Source of the DNA: a virus
Lineage: Duplodnaviria > Caudoviricetes
Length of the DNA: 26,757 bases
Strand: one strand, 5' to 3'
Virus record (IMG/VR): IMGVR_UViG_3300008339_000407
Location: 1-26,757 of that record
Each line of letters begins with the position of its first letter. Position 1 is the first letter of the stretch. The notes beneath the pieces are model-generated. The model had not been told where the DNA came from and did not search any database. It saw only the letters and a list, made by a program, of their open reading frames with translations. Below, one piece after another: positions 17,444 through 25,614 of the stretch. A program made the position numbers and the translations under genes.

Positions 17444-18459
17444 AAACTCTCCACAAACTCATCTTCAAGTTCTTCAGGAGTAACAGTTCCCCTATCAGGA
17501 GGAATAAGAACAGATGTACAACGACAATTAGGATGAGCAGGTGGCATCAAATCACCATTTGAGAAAACACCATTCCATCCAACAATTTCGCCATTCAAAT
17601 TCTGACAAATCTCACAAACATCATAAGAAGCAGTAAGCCACATCTTTGTTGTAGCACCATCCAAGACACCAGACTCGTATGCTTGAGACCAACCTAAATA
17701 TCTTCCTTGATTCTGTGCTAATTGGACTTCTGTACGAGCAATCATGTTCGCTCTAGCACGAACAAGTGTTGTGCGATATTTACCAGACATCTCATCAGCG
17801 CGAGCCGTTGCTCGAGCCGTAGTTAATCCTTCTTCTTCATACTGGTCAATCAATCTATCCCGATAATCATAAACAGCGTTAGCCCAACGAGGATGTAAAC
17901 CAACAACATTACGCAAAATTTTTGCTGTCTCACGAACTGTTACTTGGTCAGTAAAAGCGCGCGCAATAATTTGTCTAACAGAATCCCTAGTCGAATTGTC
18001 AACTGCTGTAACAAGATTACCTGCCCTAGTTGTTGCCCATAGTAGTGCGCGTGGGTCAGTAAAATTAAAATTGTATTGTGTAACAACAGGTCTTAAATAT
18101 GTTGGAAGATTTGCTGGGTCAAGACTAATGAACTCATTAGCATTCAATGGATTAACTTGATTAGGAAGATTTTTGTTTTGTCCACGCAAAACTGCGCGAA
18201 TGTTTTTCGCTGTCTCTCCAACTGTTGCTGTGACTGCGTTACGAATTTGTGCAATCATTGCTCTGTCTGAAACACGAATAGATAAAGAATCAACAATTTG
18301 ATTTATTTGTGTGGCATTCAAATCACGCAAAGCGCGAGCAAGTTGTCTTTCGTCAACTCTTGACCAAGCAGTATTGATTGCTCTTTGAATAACTTGCGCT
18401 AATGCTACTTCTTCAGGGGATAACTTTTCGGCTTTAGTAACTTTCGATGCGTGAATCAT
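17440..18459 (-). CDS. MuF / SPP1 gp7-like minor head protein
   Basis: RANMIARTE, K.WLTA...CEIC..LNG, PPAHPNCRC; directly after the portal. Confidence 0.9.
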   Translation of the reverse strand: MIHASKVTKAEKLSPEEVALAQVIQRAINTAWSRVDERQLARALRDLNATQINQIVDSLSIRVSDRAMIAQIRNAVTATVGETAKNIRAVLRGQNKNLPNQVNPLNANEFISLDPANLPTYLRPVVTQYNFNFTDPRALLWATTRAGNLVTAVDNSTRDSVRQIIARAFTDQVTVRETAKILRNVVGLHPRWANAVYDYRDRLIDQYEEEGLTTARATARADEMSGKYRTTLVRARANMIARTEVQLAQNQGRYLGWSQAYESGVLDGATTKMWLTASYDVCEICQNLNGEIVGWNGVFSNGDLMPPAHPNCRCTSVLIPPDRGTVTPEELEDEFVESF

Positions 18460-19874
18460 TATTCAACATCTTCCGTAGGCGAAGCCGTATTCCCTTCGTT
18501 TGCCATTTGGTCAATCAATGCTTGCTCATCTGCTGTCAGAAAATTATTACTATTTCCTGTTGGCGCAACACCCATCGCTTGAGCATTGTTGTGGTCAGCA
18601 GGTGGAAGCCCACCAAGTTCACGCAAATAATCTTCCAAGTTAGGGTCAGACATGATAAGACCAGAATTAGCCAATTTGGAAACATAGTCAGCGATTTCTG
18701 TTAAATCAATATGTGCAACTTCACCATAAGTTAAAACTGGTTGTCTATCTGTATCCATGCCATTAAGTTTCAATAATCTTGGAATAGCGTACTGGTTAAT
18801 AACTTCAGCGATAGAGTTAGCGATAGCATCAACAGCCATTGACCATAAATCCATTTTTGCTGTGCCAAGAGAATAAGAACCAACTCTGTCATGACCAAGA
18901 AGAATAAAATCTGAAAGAACAGACATAGCAATTCTTTGGTCGTATCTTTGAATAATTTTATCTGTATCAAATTGTCTTTGACCACCTGTTGATAAAAGAT
19001 TCAACTCAAACATTTTGTGACCAGATTCGTCATACATTAAAGGCATAACGATTCCTTCTTGCTCGTTACGCTTAACATTCTGAACTATCGTTTCGATAGC
19101 ATTACGGAAAGTTACTTGGTCAGCAGATGCTGTTGATGATAAATACTCAGGTGGAATATATGCAATTGGTAATCCTGCTAAATCTCTTTCAATACCAACT
19201 GCTTCAATTTCTTCAATCCTATGTTTGTAATACCAAGGGCGATATGCGTTTCTTAAAAGTGAACGACCCTCTGGATTATTTTTGTCAATCTTAACTCTGA
19301 ACAATAAAGATTTCTCAATAGGAATAGGTCTGATATAGATTGATGCTGAAGGGTCTGATTGAATCATTCCTTGAATGCCACCATCTTCATCAAACATCCA
19401 TTGCCAAAGTGTTTCTTGACCACGAATAGCCATCTTGCGCCAACCAATTTTGTTATCGTTATATTTGGAACGGCGTTTAGGGTCTTTGCTATCTCCACCA
19501 CGAACTTTGTAAACAATTTCGTGATATGAATATCCGTAAATCAACATGGATAAAATTTGTGTAAGTGTTGCATCCCATGAATCTGACATATCATTCAAAC
19601 ATGAATAAACGAACTCTGCTGTTTCAACATCTTTAGGGTCAGTTTCACCATCTGCTGATTTATCTGAGAATGGGTCAACACGCCATTCAAGTCTTAAAAC
19701 AACTTTTTCTATTGCGTAAAGAATTGAACCAATTGTAGGGTCATTGTCTGACATTTCACGATAAATTCGTGCGCCTTGTCTGCCACGAAGGTTCGTTAAG
19801 AATTCTTCAAATACTGTGCCACCAGAGTGCTTTAACCCTGTTGAACCAAACTCCGATAAATCTGGTTTAGCCAC
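18459..19874 (-). CDS. Portal protein (Mu gp29/DUF935-like)
   Basis: 471 aa, YREMSDND, NPEGRSLLRNAY, GIERDLAGLP, GSYSLG; upstream of MuF. Confidence 0.9.
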   Translation of the reverse strand: MAKPDLSEFGSTGLKHSGGTVFEEFLTNLRGRQGARIYREMSDNDPTIGSILYAIEKVVLRLEWRVDPFSDKSADGETDPKDVETAEFVYSCLNDMSDSWDATLTQILSMLIYGYSYHEIVYKVRGGDSKDPKRRSKYNDNKIGWRKMAIRGQETLWQWMFDEDGGIQGMIQSDPSASIYIRPIPIEKSLLFRVKIDKNNPEGRSLLRNAYRPWYYKHRIEEIEAVGIERDLAGLPIAYIPPEYLSSTASADQVTFRNAIETIVQNVKRNEQEGIVMPLMYDESGHKMFELNLLSTGGQRQFDTDKIIQRYDQRIAMSVLSDFILLGHDRVGSYSLGTAKMDLWSMAVDAIANSIAEVINQYAIPRLLKLNGMDTDRQPVLTYGEVAHIDLTEIADYVSKLANSGLIMSDPNLEDYLRELGGLPPADHNNAQAMGVAPTGNSNNFLTADEQALIDQMANEGNTASPTEDVE

Positions 19875-19883
19875 TTAAAACCT

Positions 19884-20024
19884 CTAGTCCCTTGTTAAAC
19901 CTAATACTAAGCGTAATGCTTGTGTTTCTGAAAAGCCAGCCTTCTGTAATGATAAAAAAAGTTCGTGCATCATTACTGTTGCATCGTCTAATGTTGTGTA
20001 ATGAAGGCGTGATTCTTCTTTCAT
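19884..20024 (-). CDS. Small protein (46 aa), probably leaderless
   Basis: MKEESRLHYTTLDDATVMMHELFLSLQKAGFSETQALRLVLGLTRD; TATAAT at 20032-20037 lies 7 nt before the ATG. More plausible than the 19867..20058 ORF. Confidence 0.65.
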   Translation of the reverse strand: MKEESRLHYTTLDDATVMMHELFLSLQKAGFSETQALRLVLGLTRD

Positions 20025-20072
20025 TACTGAAATTATACCGAGATTTAGTATCTCTCAACCCCAGTAATGTAA

Positions 20073-20264
20073 TTAAATATAGTTTTCGACTAATTGTGTT
20101 TTTTCTTCTTGCTCTTTCAACTCTTTATGGTCAGGAAGAAGATGTTCTTCTAAATGCTCTAAGGACAATTTAGTTAAAAACTTTTTGTCATCTTTGATTT
20201 CGTATTCCAAATCGATTGGGCAATGAAATTGTGAATAGATATCTTTACATTGAATTGTGTTCAT
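20073..20264 (-). CDS. Hypothetical protein
   Basis: ATG at 20264 with GGGAG RBS; Cys/His residues may bind metal. Confidence 0.55.
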   Translation of the reverse strand: MNTIQCKDIYSQFHCPIDLEYEIKDDKKFLTKLSLEHLEEHLLPDHKELKEQEEKTQLVENYI

Positions 20265-20282
20265 GTTTTCTCCCATCTTAGG

Positions 20283-20348
20283 TGACAAGGGCTTGGAGTC
20301 CTCCACTCAGCAGAAAGGGGTAACGCTGTTGGGTCGTCACCCTTGTCA
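20283..20348 (-). ncRNA. Candidate structured small RNA or leader with CCCCUUUC loop
   Basis: 9-bp closing stem TGACAAGGG/CCCTTGTCA beginning about 6 nt after the -10 TATAGT (20355-20360); inner stem CAGCG/TGCTG around loop TTACCCCTTTC. Confidence 0.5.
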
Positions 20349-20372
20349 AAATTAACTATACCAAACTAGGGT

Positions 20373-20792
20373 TTAGAATGGTGCATCGGATGCCCAAGCA
20401 TCAACAGGTGTCTGCCATGGGTCTTCTTTAGGTGTAACAATTTGCGCTCTATGAGCATCAACAGGGAAGCGTTTCAAACTCATCGCAATCTCCTTAATAG
20501 TTACTTCCATTCTTCCAGCAGGTTTACCATCTTTATCTGTCCAAGAATTGTAGGCAACATCGCCGATAACAATAACTGGGTCACCCTTCTTCAAACTGGT
20601 CTGAATATGTCCAGCCAACTTGTCGAATGCTGTGCAAGACCATGCTGTTGTTCCTTCGTTTGACCAAGTTCCATCAGCGTTCTTTTTTGATTTAGATGTC
20701 ATGACTGTTAATTTTGCTAAACGAAAGTTTTCTTTAACAATCATTTCTGGGTCTTTAGCCAAATTGCCAACTAAAGTGATATTTGAACTCAT
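20373..20792 (-). CDS. ssb: Single-stranded DNA-binding protein
   Basis: ITLVGNLAKDPE, SLKKGDPVIVIG, acidic tail ending DAPF. Confidence 0.9.
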   Translation of the reverse strand: MSSNITLVGNLAKDPEMIVKENFRLAKLTVMTSKSKKNADGTWSNEGTTAWSCTAFDKLAGHIQTSLKKGDPVIVIGDVAYNSWTDKDGKPAGRMEVTIKEIAMSLKRFPVDAHRAQIVTPKEDPWQTPVDAWASDAPF

Positions 20793-21130
20793 TTATTTCT
20801 CTCCCTTGCTTTTTTCATTTTCTGTTTTGATTTAGGTGTTGCTCTGGAAATCAGTATAGTACCAAGGTCTAAATGTCTAGGTGTAATGTTACGGAGTTTC
20901 CTAATAATGTCGCGTTCTTTATCAGATAAGCCACCCCAAACACCCTTAACACGATTGTGTAGCGCGTATTCAGCGCAAGGTTCACGATAAGGACATTGAA
21001 AACAAATTTTTCTTGCTTGACGATAATCTTCAACAACTGAAACGCCCGGTAATTCACTAGCGAAAAATATTTCAGGGTCTGTGTAAGCACAAGGTGGATT
21101 TTCGAAGTTTGGAACTTCGTAAACCGACAT
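20789..21130 (-). CDS. whiB: WhiB-family transcription regulator
   Basis: C..TDPEIFF...ARKICFQCPYREPC.EYAL...GVWGG. Confidence 0.9.
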   Translation of the reverse strand: MSVYEVPNFENPPCAYTDPEIFFASELPGVSVVEDYRQARKICFQCPYREPCAEYALHNRVKGVWGGLSDKERDIIRKLRNITPRHLDLGTILISRATPKSKQKMKKARERNK

Positions 21131-21405
21131 TATTGCTCCTTTTTTTTCTTTCTAATAAGTTGTGCAATTCTTTTACCATTTTCCCAAACTGCACCTGCTG
21201 CAACACCATCATAATAAGATGTTGAAGGTTTTACATAATGACTGCAATCATCCCAAAGATTACAACCACGACAATAATCTAATGCTTGTTGCGCTTCTTG
21301 TATAGTGATAGCATCAAAGAGTTTCGGGTTTGCATTCCGACATGGGGCAAGTGATAAGAAAACAGGATTACTGTGTTTCGGTTTTGGTCTCTTTGGTCTC
21401 GCCAT
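21130..21405 (-). CDS. Divergent WhiB-like protein, probably leaderless
   Basis: C...NPKLFD...CRGC....DC...DGVAAGAVW; TAAACT lies 7 nt before the ATG. Confidence 0.7.
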   Translation of the reverse strand: MARPKRPKPKHSNPVFLSLAPCRNANPKLFDAITIQEAQQALDYCRGCNLWDDCSHYVKPSTSYYDGVAAGAVWENGKRIAQLIRKKKKEQ

Positions 21406-21448
21406 TTGGCTAAGTTTAATCTAACTGGGGTATAATTTTCTTTGTTCA

Positions 21449-21583
21449 TTACTTTGGCGTTTCTTTAGGTCTCTCTAAACGAATCTTCATGTAAGGAAAT
21501 CTTTCCTCAATCAACTTTTCAATTTTTGCATCATTATCTTCATGAAGTTGTTTAAGCATCGCTTCTCTGTCTTGCTTAGTCAT
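21449..21583 (-). CDS. Small hypothetical protein (44 aa)
   Basis: MTKQDREAMLKQLHEDNDAKIEKLIEERFPYMKIRLERPKETPK; overlaps the upstream stop and fills the gap. Confidence 0.55.
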   Translation of the reverse strand: MTKQDREAMLKQLHEDNDAKIEKLIEERFPYMKIRLERPKETPK

Positions 21584-21866
21584 CTTCTTCTTCATCGTAA
21601 TCATCCCCTTCACCTAAATAAACATCGATTTCATCTGCAACTCTGTTGATTGCATAATCTAGCATTCCAGAATGTCTCCAAGGTGGTGAATTTTCATCAT
21701 GGATAGCCATAATCCAATATTCGTTCTCGCCACCGAACCATTCTGAAACAAGTACCCATCCTGTACATAGGGCAGGTTGTTGAAATGCAGCGCGACCAAG
21801 TTCTGCTATTGCATCTTCAATAGGTTTTGCACTTGGTTTTGGTCTTTCCTCGTTTTCTTCACTCAT
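21576..21866 (-). CDS. Hypothetical protein
   Basis: 96 aa, ATGA overlap with upstream gene, acidic tail. Confidence 0.7.
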   Translation of the reverse strand: MSEENEERPKPSAKPIEDAIAELGRAAFQQPALCTGWVLVSEWFGGENEYWIMAIHDENSPPWRHSGMLDYAINRVADEIDVYLGEGDDYDEEEDD

Positions 21867-22057
21867 GAGGTCAACACTACTGGTTCTTCAACTTTTTTCA
21901 AGGACATTCTGTAAGAGTTTTCGAACTCTGAATGTAAATATGTTTTATGTGAAATTGTTATTAAATCTTTTAATTGGTCTTCAGGTAAATCTGATAAATC
22001 TTTTAGGATGATATTGGCAAGTCTATTGAATTCTCGAATGTTTGTTCGATGGTTCAT
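21863..22057 (-). CDS. Hypothetical protein
   Basis: ATG at 22057 with GGAGG RBS. Confidence 0.6.
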   Translation of the reverse strand: MNHRTNIREFNRLANIILKDLSDLPEDQLKDLITISHKTYLHSEFENSYRMSLKKVEEPVVLTS

Positions 22058-22077
22058 TACAACCTCCAAATATCTAT

Positions 22078-22566
22078 TTAATACCAGTTTTTCTTTTCGA
22101 AATGATTCCAAGCCAAGCATGGGTTTCCGTATCTCTCGGAAATATATTTAAGTCCCCATCGGACTTGTGTTTCAGGATTAGTTGCCCAATCTGAACCTTC
22201 ACTAGCCATTTTAGACCCCGGAAGTGCTTGGGGTATGCCATAAGCCGAAGATTTTGGATTATCGGCTGTATGCTTCCAATTTGACTCTCTTTCCCACAAC
22301 TCTTCTAGGCAAAAGAATTGTTTACCATCCCAACCAAATTTGGACATTTGGCTTCTTGCAAATGAACGGCTTCTATCAGGATGTTTCGCTCGTTCAAAAG
22401 TTTCAGCCCCAATGAACAAATTAGGGTTGTAGGGTGGATAGTTTATTACGATAGGTTCAACGCGAGATTCTGCCCACGAATAGGAAGCAAAACCTGCTAC
22501 GCCTAACCATATCGCTAACCATGTAGCGATTAAACGCAAAAGGTTATTTGTCCTCGTTATTCGCAA
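22078..22566 (-). CDS. Secreted or membrane-anchored lytic transglycosylase (SLT/lysozyme-like)
   Basis: N-terminal hydrophobic segment; LWERESNW, SSAYGIPQAL, NPETQVRWGLKYI.ERYG.PC.AW...WY. Confidence 0.85.
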   Translation of the reverse strand: MRITRTNNLLRLIATWLAIWLGVAGFASYSWAESRVEPIVINYPPYNPNLFIGAETFERAKHPDRSRSFARSQMSKFGWDGKQFFCLEELWERESNWKHTADNPKSSAYGIPQALPGSKMASEGSDWATNPETQVRWGLKYISERYGNPCLAWNHFEKKNWY

Positions 22567-22807
22567 TGTCTGTTCTGCTCACAGTCGCTTTGTTCCATAA
22601 TTGACTACGCCTAATATAGTCTTTTTCGGATTCAGCGACTCTCTGGATTGCTCCAGCGCAGATTGACGGAACTGATGCAACGAGCATGTCATGAGCAATA
22701 GAAACTGCTTCTTCATCAGTTATGCGAGGTTTTTTAGATTTTAGAACTGCAACAGCATTCTTCAATGCTTGTTCTATATCTGTACTTGGTAGTCCAGATA
22801 ATTTCAT
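22544..22807 (-). CDS. Hypothetical protein
   Basis: 87 aa, AAGGAG RBS. Confidence 0.6.
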   Translation of the reverse strand: MKLSGLPSTDIEQALKNAVAVLKSKKPRITDEEAVSIAHDMLVASVPSICAGAIQRVAESEKDYIRRSQLWNKATVSRTDIANNEDK

Positions 22808-22881
22808 AGGGGTCTCCTTCCCTATCCAGTTTTAACTGGGGTTAATATATTTTAACACTTAACCCCAGATAATGCTTGGAT

Positions 22882-23451
22882 TTATGTTAATGCGTGTTTC
22901 AATCCCTCAACTGAATAGCCTTCGGATTCTAGCCATTCAACCACTTTACCTTTATCTTTAGATTCAATCAAAACATCAACTGCTGAAGAAAACAGGTTAG
23001 ATGTTTGCTCAATCAAAATATAGATAGGAAATGGTGGAACAATCTTTTGCTCAATCAAACTTTCAGCAAGAGCATTGAAATCCAGTTTTCTTTGAACTGT
23101 TTCATCAACCCATCCTGTTGTCCAGCCTGATGCTAATGATTCAAGATTAAAACTACTTGTTGAATCATAGTAGCCACGCCAAGCATCTGTTTGTTTCCAC
23201 TTTTGTGGTGAACCTTTGGTTTTAAGTAATTCATCAAACCAGTCATAAGATTCGTCACCATCTTGTGTGTATGAAACATATTGACCGAAATGTATTCGCT
23301 CAACTTTGTCGTAAATACGATACATGGTTGATGCTGATTGTAAATCTGATTCTTCACATGCTTCGCAAATTTGTCCTGAATCTAAAGATGCCCAAGTTGA
23401 TAATTCGTTTATTTCTTCTTTGCAACTTGTGCAAGTAATAATTTCTGACAT
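22882..23451 (-). CDS. Hypothetical protein with N-terminal CxxC...CxxC
   Basis: 189 aa, AAGGGAG RBS. Confidence 0.7.
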   Translation of the reverse strand: MSEIITCTSCKEEINELSTWASLDSGQICEACEESDLQSASTMYRIYDKVERIHFGQYVSYTQDGDESYDWFDELLKTKGSPQKWKQTDAWRGYYDSTSSFNLESLASGWTTGWVDETVQRKLDFNALAESLIEQKIVPPFPIYILIEQTSNLFSSAVDVLIESKDKGKVVEWLESEGYSVEGLKHALT

Positions 23452-23514
23452 GTTTTCTCCCTTACAATAGTGTCATCCCCATACCCTCGCCAGAAAGCAT
23501 GGGGAGACGATTAA

Positions 23515-23916
23515 CTAATCAATCCTTGAATCAGCGTGAGCATCAATGCCGTATTGTCTTAATACGCTTGCAAATGCATCAGCCCATGCTTCTTTTCTTG
23601 CCAAGGATTGACCAAACTCTTTGCACCAAACATCATAACCACCAGCGTAGGAGTCTTGATATCCGATTTTGTTTTCTTTTAACCATTGAACAAATTTGCC
23701 TCTTGCTGGTCTTATCTTGACCCAAGCAAATCCACAAACACCACCTGCAATGAAATATGTTGGTTTTGTTTCGTCAATGATATTACTGAATGGAGAAGTC
23801 TCTTCCCCAACAATCATTGGAACTGGTTGTACTGCTTGTCCTGCTTTGATACCTGCTTCATAGGCTTCTTGATAGATAGCCGATGGAGTGGCTTTTTTAA
23901 TGGTTAATGTCGCCAT
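23515..23916 (-). CDS. Hypothetical early protein (GVCGFAWV motif)
   Basis: 133 aa, own promoter and GAAGGGAG RBS. Confidence 0.75.
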   Translation of the reverse strand: MATLTIKKATPSAIYQEAYEAGIKAGQAVQPVPMIVGEETSPFSNIIDETKPTYFIAGGVCGFAWVKIRPARGKFVQWLKENKIGYQDSYAGGYDVWCKEFGQSLARKEAWADAFASVLRQYGIDAHADSRID

Positions 23917-23941
23917 CTTGTAGTCTCCCTTCTACAATTCA

Positions 23942-23969
23942 ATTATACCAAACTGGGGTTTAGTGTCAA
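23942..23969 (-). promoter_or_regulatory. Consensus sigma-A promoter with operator-like spacer
   Basis: TTGACA-16 nt-TATAAT with extended TG; spacer CTAAACCCCAGTTTGG. Confidence 0.85.
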
Positions 23970-23973
23970 GCAT

Positions 23974-24063
23974 CTAGCCATACTTCTTAACTAATCTCCA
24001 AAGGATGTAGAAAAACCATCCAAACATTAGCCAAGTCTCTAACGGCGTGAAAACTAAATCCAT
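23974..24063 (-). CDS. Small membrane peptide (29 aa)
   Basis: GGAGGTG RBS; MDLVFTPLETWLMFGWFFYILWRLVKKYG. Confidence 0.6.
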   Translation of the reverse strand: MDLVFTPLETWLMFGWFFYILWRLVKKYG

Positions 24064-24065
24064 AG

Positions 24066-24440
24066 TTACACCTCCTGCAAATATGCTGGTTTGTTTTTTC
24101 TTGGATTGATTTCAATGTCGTAGGATTCCAAAGTCCATCCTGTGCTAGCACAAGAATAAACGCTTGTTTTCCTATCGTCTGTGTAATCGTAGATAGTTAT
24201 TTCATCCCCGACTGAAAGTGCTGTGTGTGTTCTGTCTTGTGGCAAATTGTTTTTGATTTGTTCCCAAACAATTCCACGATACAAGTTTGTATCTTCGAAC
24301 ACTTGATTACAAATGTCGTAATCACCTTGACCATCGAATAAACCTTTGGCATCAAATGTTAATGATGTCTCTGGTCTTGCTGGTCTGTGTGGATTATTAC
24401 TAAATGCTTTCCATGTTATTTTGACTGCTTTATCGTACAT
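24066..24440 (-). CDS. Hypothetical protein
   Basis: ATG at 24440 after GGAGG; RTHTALSVGDEI motif. Confidence 0.65.
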   Translation of the reverse strand: MYDKAVKITWKAFSNNPHRPARPETSLTFDAKGLFDGQGDYDICNQVFEDTNLYRGIVWEQIKNNLPQDRTHTALSVGDEITIYDYTDDRKTSVYSCASTGWTLESYDIEINPRKNKPAYLQEV

Positions 24441-24843
24441 ATAAGTGACCTCCATAGATGTCGGCTTCCTCGATTAACGCATCAAATGATTTGTCATCGA
24501 GCAAGTTATATTTTGATTGCAACTCGCCATTCTTTCGTTTGGCTGGGGAATCCCAACTTGAAGTCTTTACAAGTTTCCCAGTCTGGATTTCTACGAAAGC
24601 ATGTGCAGAACCATGGTTTTGATTTGCTTCTCTTTGAACCACACGAATGAATCTTTTGCCTTCTTGATATTCGTATGTTGGTTCTTCTGTTTCAAATCTT
24701 TTGATAACAAAATCTAAAAGTTGTTCATCTGTTTTTTTGTCAGACAATTCATCATTTGCTGTCCAGCGATAGATTTGTTCGAAGCGTAATTGTTTTAAGT
24801 GATTAGTGTATTTATCTAATCTGTCTTGAAGTATTTGGTTCAT
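24430..24843 (-). CDS. Hypothetical phage protein
   Basis: ATG at 24843 after GGAGG with ATGA overlap; GKRFIRVV...AHAFVE..TG.LVK.SSW.SPAK. Confidence 0.7.
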   Translation of the reverse strand: MNQILQDRLDKYTNHLKQLRFEQIYRWTANDELSDKKTDEQLLDFVIKRFETEEPTYEYQEGKRFIRVVQREANQNHGSAHAFVEIQTGKLVKTSSWDSPAKRKNGELQSKYNLLDDKSFDALIEEADIYGGHLYVR

Positions 24844-25079
24844 GCTACCTCCACATTTTCGTTTTGTGCCAAGATGATGTCGCGTACACGCTCCCTGTCT
24901 ACGCTGTCTCCTCCACCCCAAGTTTTTGTTTCATCTAAGGAGGTGATGTAGGTGTAAATCGCATTAACGATTTGGCTTACTGAAAGATTTGTTAATGGGA
25001 AAACACCTGTTTTTGTGTTGTAGAACGAATCTACATATTCCACGAATTTTAATATTTCTTGATTTGATATTTCTGTCAT
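24840..25079 (-). CDS. Hypothetical protein
   Basis: ATG at 25079 after GAAGGGAG; WGGGDSVDRERVRD motif. Confidence 0.7.
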   Translation of the reverse strand: MTEISNQEILKFVEYVDSFYNTKTGVFPLTNLSVSQIVNAIYTYITSLDETKTWGGGDSVDRERVRDIILAQNENVEVA

Positions 25080-25098
25080 TTTTTCTCCCTTCACTTCT

Positions 25099-25127
25099 AT
25101 GGTACTAAACCCTAGTTTAGTTGTCAA
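25099..25127 (-). promoter_or_regulatory. Sigma-A promoter with the operator-like motif inverted
   Basis: TTGACA-17 nt-TACCAT; spacer contains AACTAGGGTTTA. Confidence 0.7.
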
Positions 25128-25315
25128 ACATCTGAGGTCTCAATTTCGTTTCTAAATTGAAATTCTTGTGCTGAATCCAAGTCACGCCCAGAAATACTTC
25201 TGCGCGCACCATTTTGCATCCATTCCCAAGCACATTCATCACACCAGACTGGACCTTTGTGTTGTGGTGCTATTTGGACTTTTGTTCCACAATCTTTACA
25301 ATTTTTTGATTTCAC
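25124..25315 (-). CDS. Small CxxC...CxxC protein
   Basis: GTG at 25315 after AAGGAG, GTGA overlap with the upstream ORF. Confidence 0.6.
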   Translation of the reverse strand: MKSKNCKDCGTKVQIAPQHKGPVWCDECAWEWMQNGARRSISGRDLDSAQEFQFRNEIETSDV

Positions 25316-25422
25316 TTTTTCTCCTTTTGACATTCTGAACAAACTAACCCTTTACCTATTTCTTTGAATTCTTTACGAACGCCACACTTCAAGCATTTAA
25401 TTTGTGGAGTCAATGTTGCCAT
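25312..25422 (-). CDS. Small zinc-ribbon peptide (36 aa)
   Basis: GAAAGGGG RBS; MATLTPQIKCLKCGVRKEFKEIGKGLVCSECQKEKK. Confidence 0.6.
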   Translation of the reverse strand: MATLTPQIKCLKCGVRKEFKEIGKGLVCSECQKEKK

Positions 25423-25449
25423 CCCGAATCCCCTTTCTCTTACATATCC

Positions 25450-25477
25450 AGTATACCAAACTGGGGTTTAGTGTCAA
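25450..25477 (-). promoter_or_regulatory. Sigma-A promoter with operator-like spacer
   Basis: TTGACA-16 nt-TATACT; spacer identical to that at 23948-23963. Confidence 0.85.
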
Positions 25478-25539
25478 GGAGGGTGTGGCAAATTTACAAA
25501 CAAAAATCACTCAGATAACATGATTTTGTGAGGGAGATT

Positions 25540-25614
25540 ATGGAAACGCTAAAAGGAATAACACTCGTAGCAGGATATGTCCTAATTGTCGTAATACTGA
25601 CAATTATTGCTTAA
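25540..25614 (+). CDS. 24-aa hydrophobic peptide on the opposite strand
   Basis: TTTACA(25493)-17 nt-TAACAT(25516), GAGGGAG RBS; METLKGITLVAGYVLIVVILTIIA. Confidence 0.55.
   Translation: METLKGITLVAGYVLIVVILTIIA

Noticed and set aside
19867-20058. 63-aa ORF from the track
   Set aside because: It spans the promoter; the 46-aa frame 19884..20024 fits the -10 spacing and looks more protein-like.
20283-20348. tRNA gene
   Set aside because: No TTC T-loop, D-loop or CCA end; does not fold as a cloverleaf.
5228-23357. Short minus-strand ORFs nested out of frame in larger genes (5228, 10348, 11615, 12455, 13585, 17095, 18770, 20869, 23133)
   Set aside because: Shadow frames with implausible composition.
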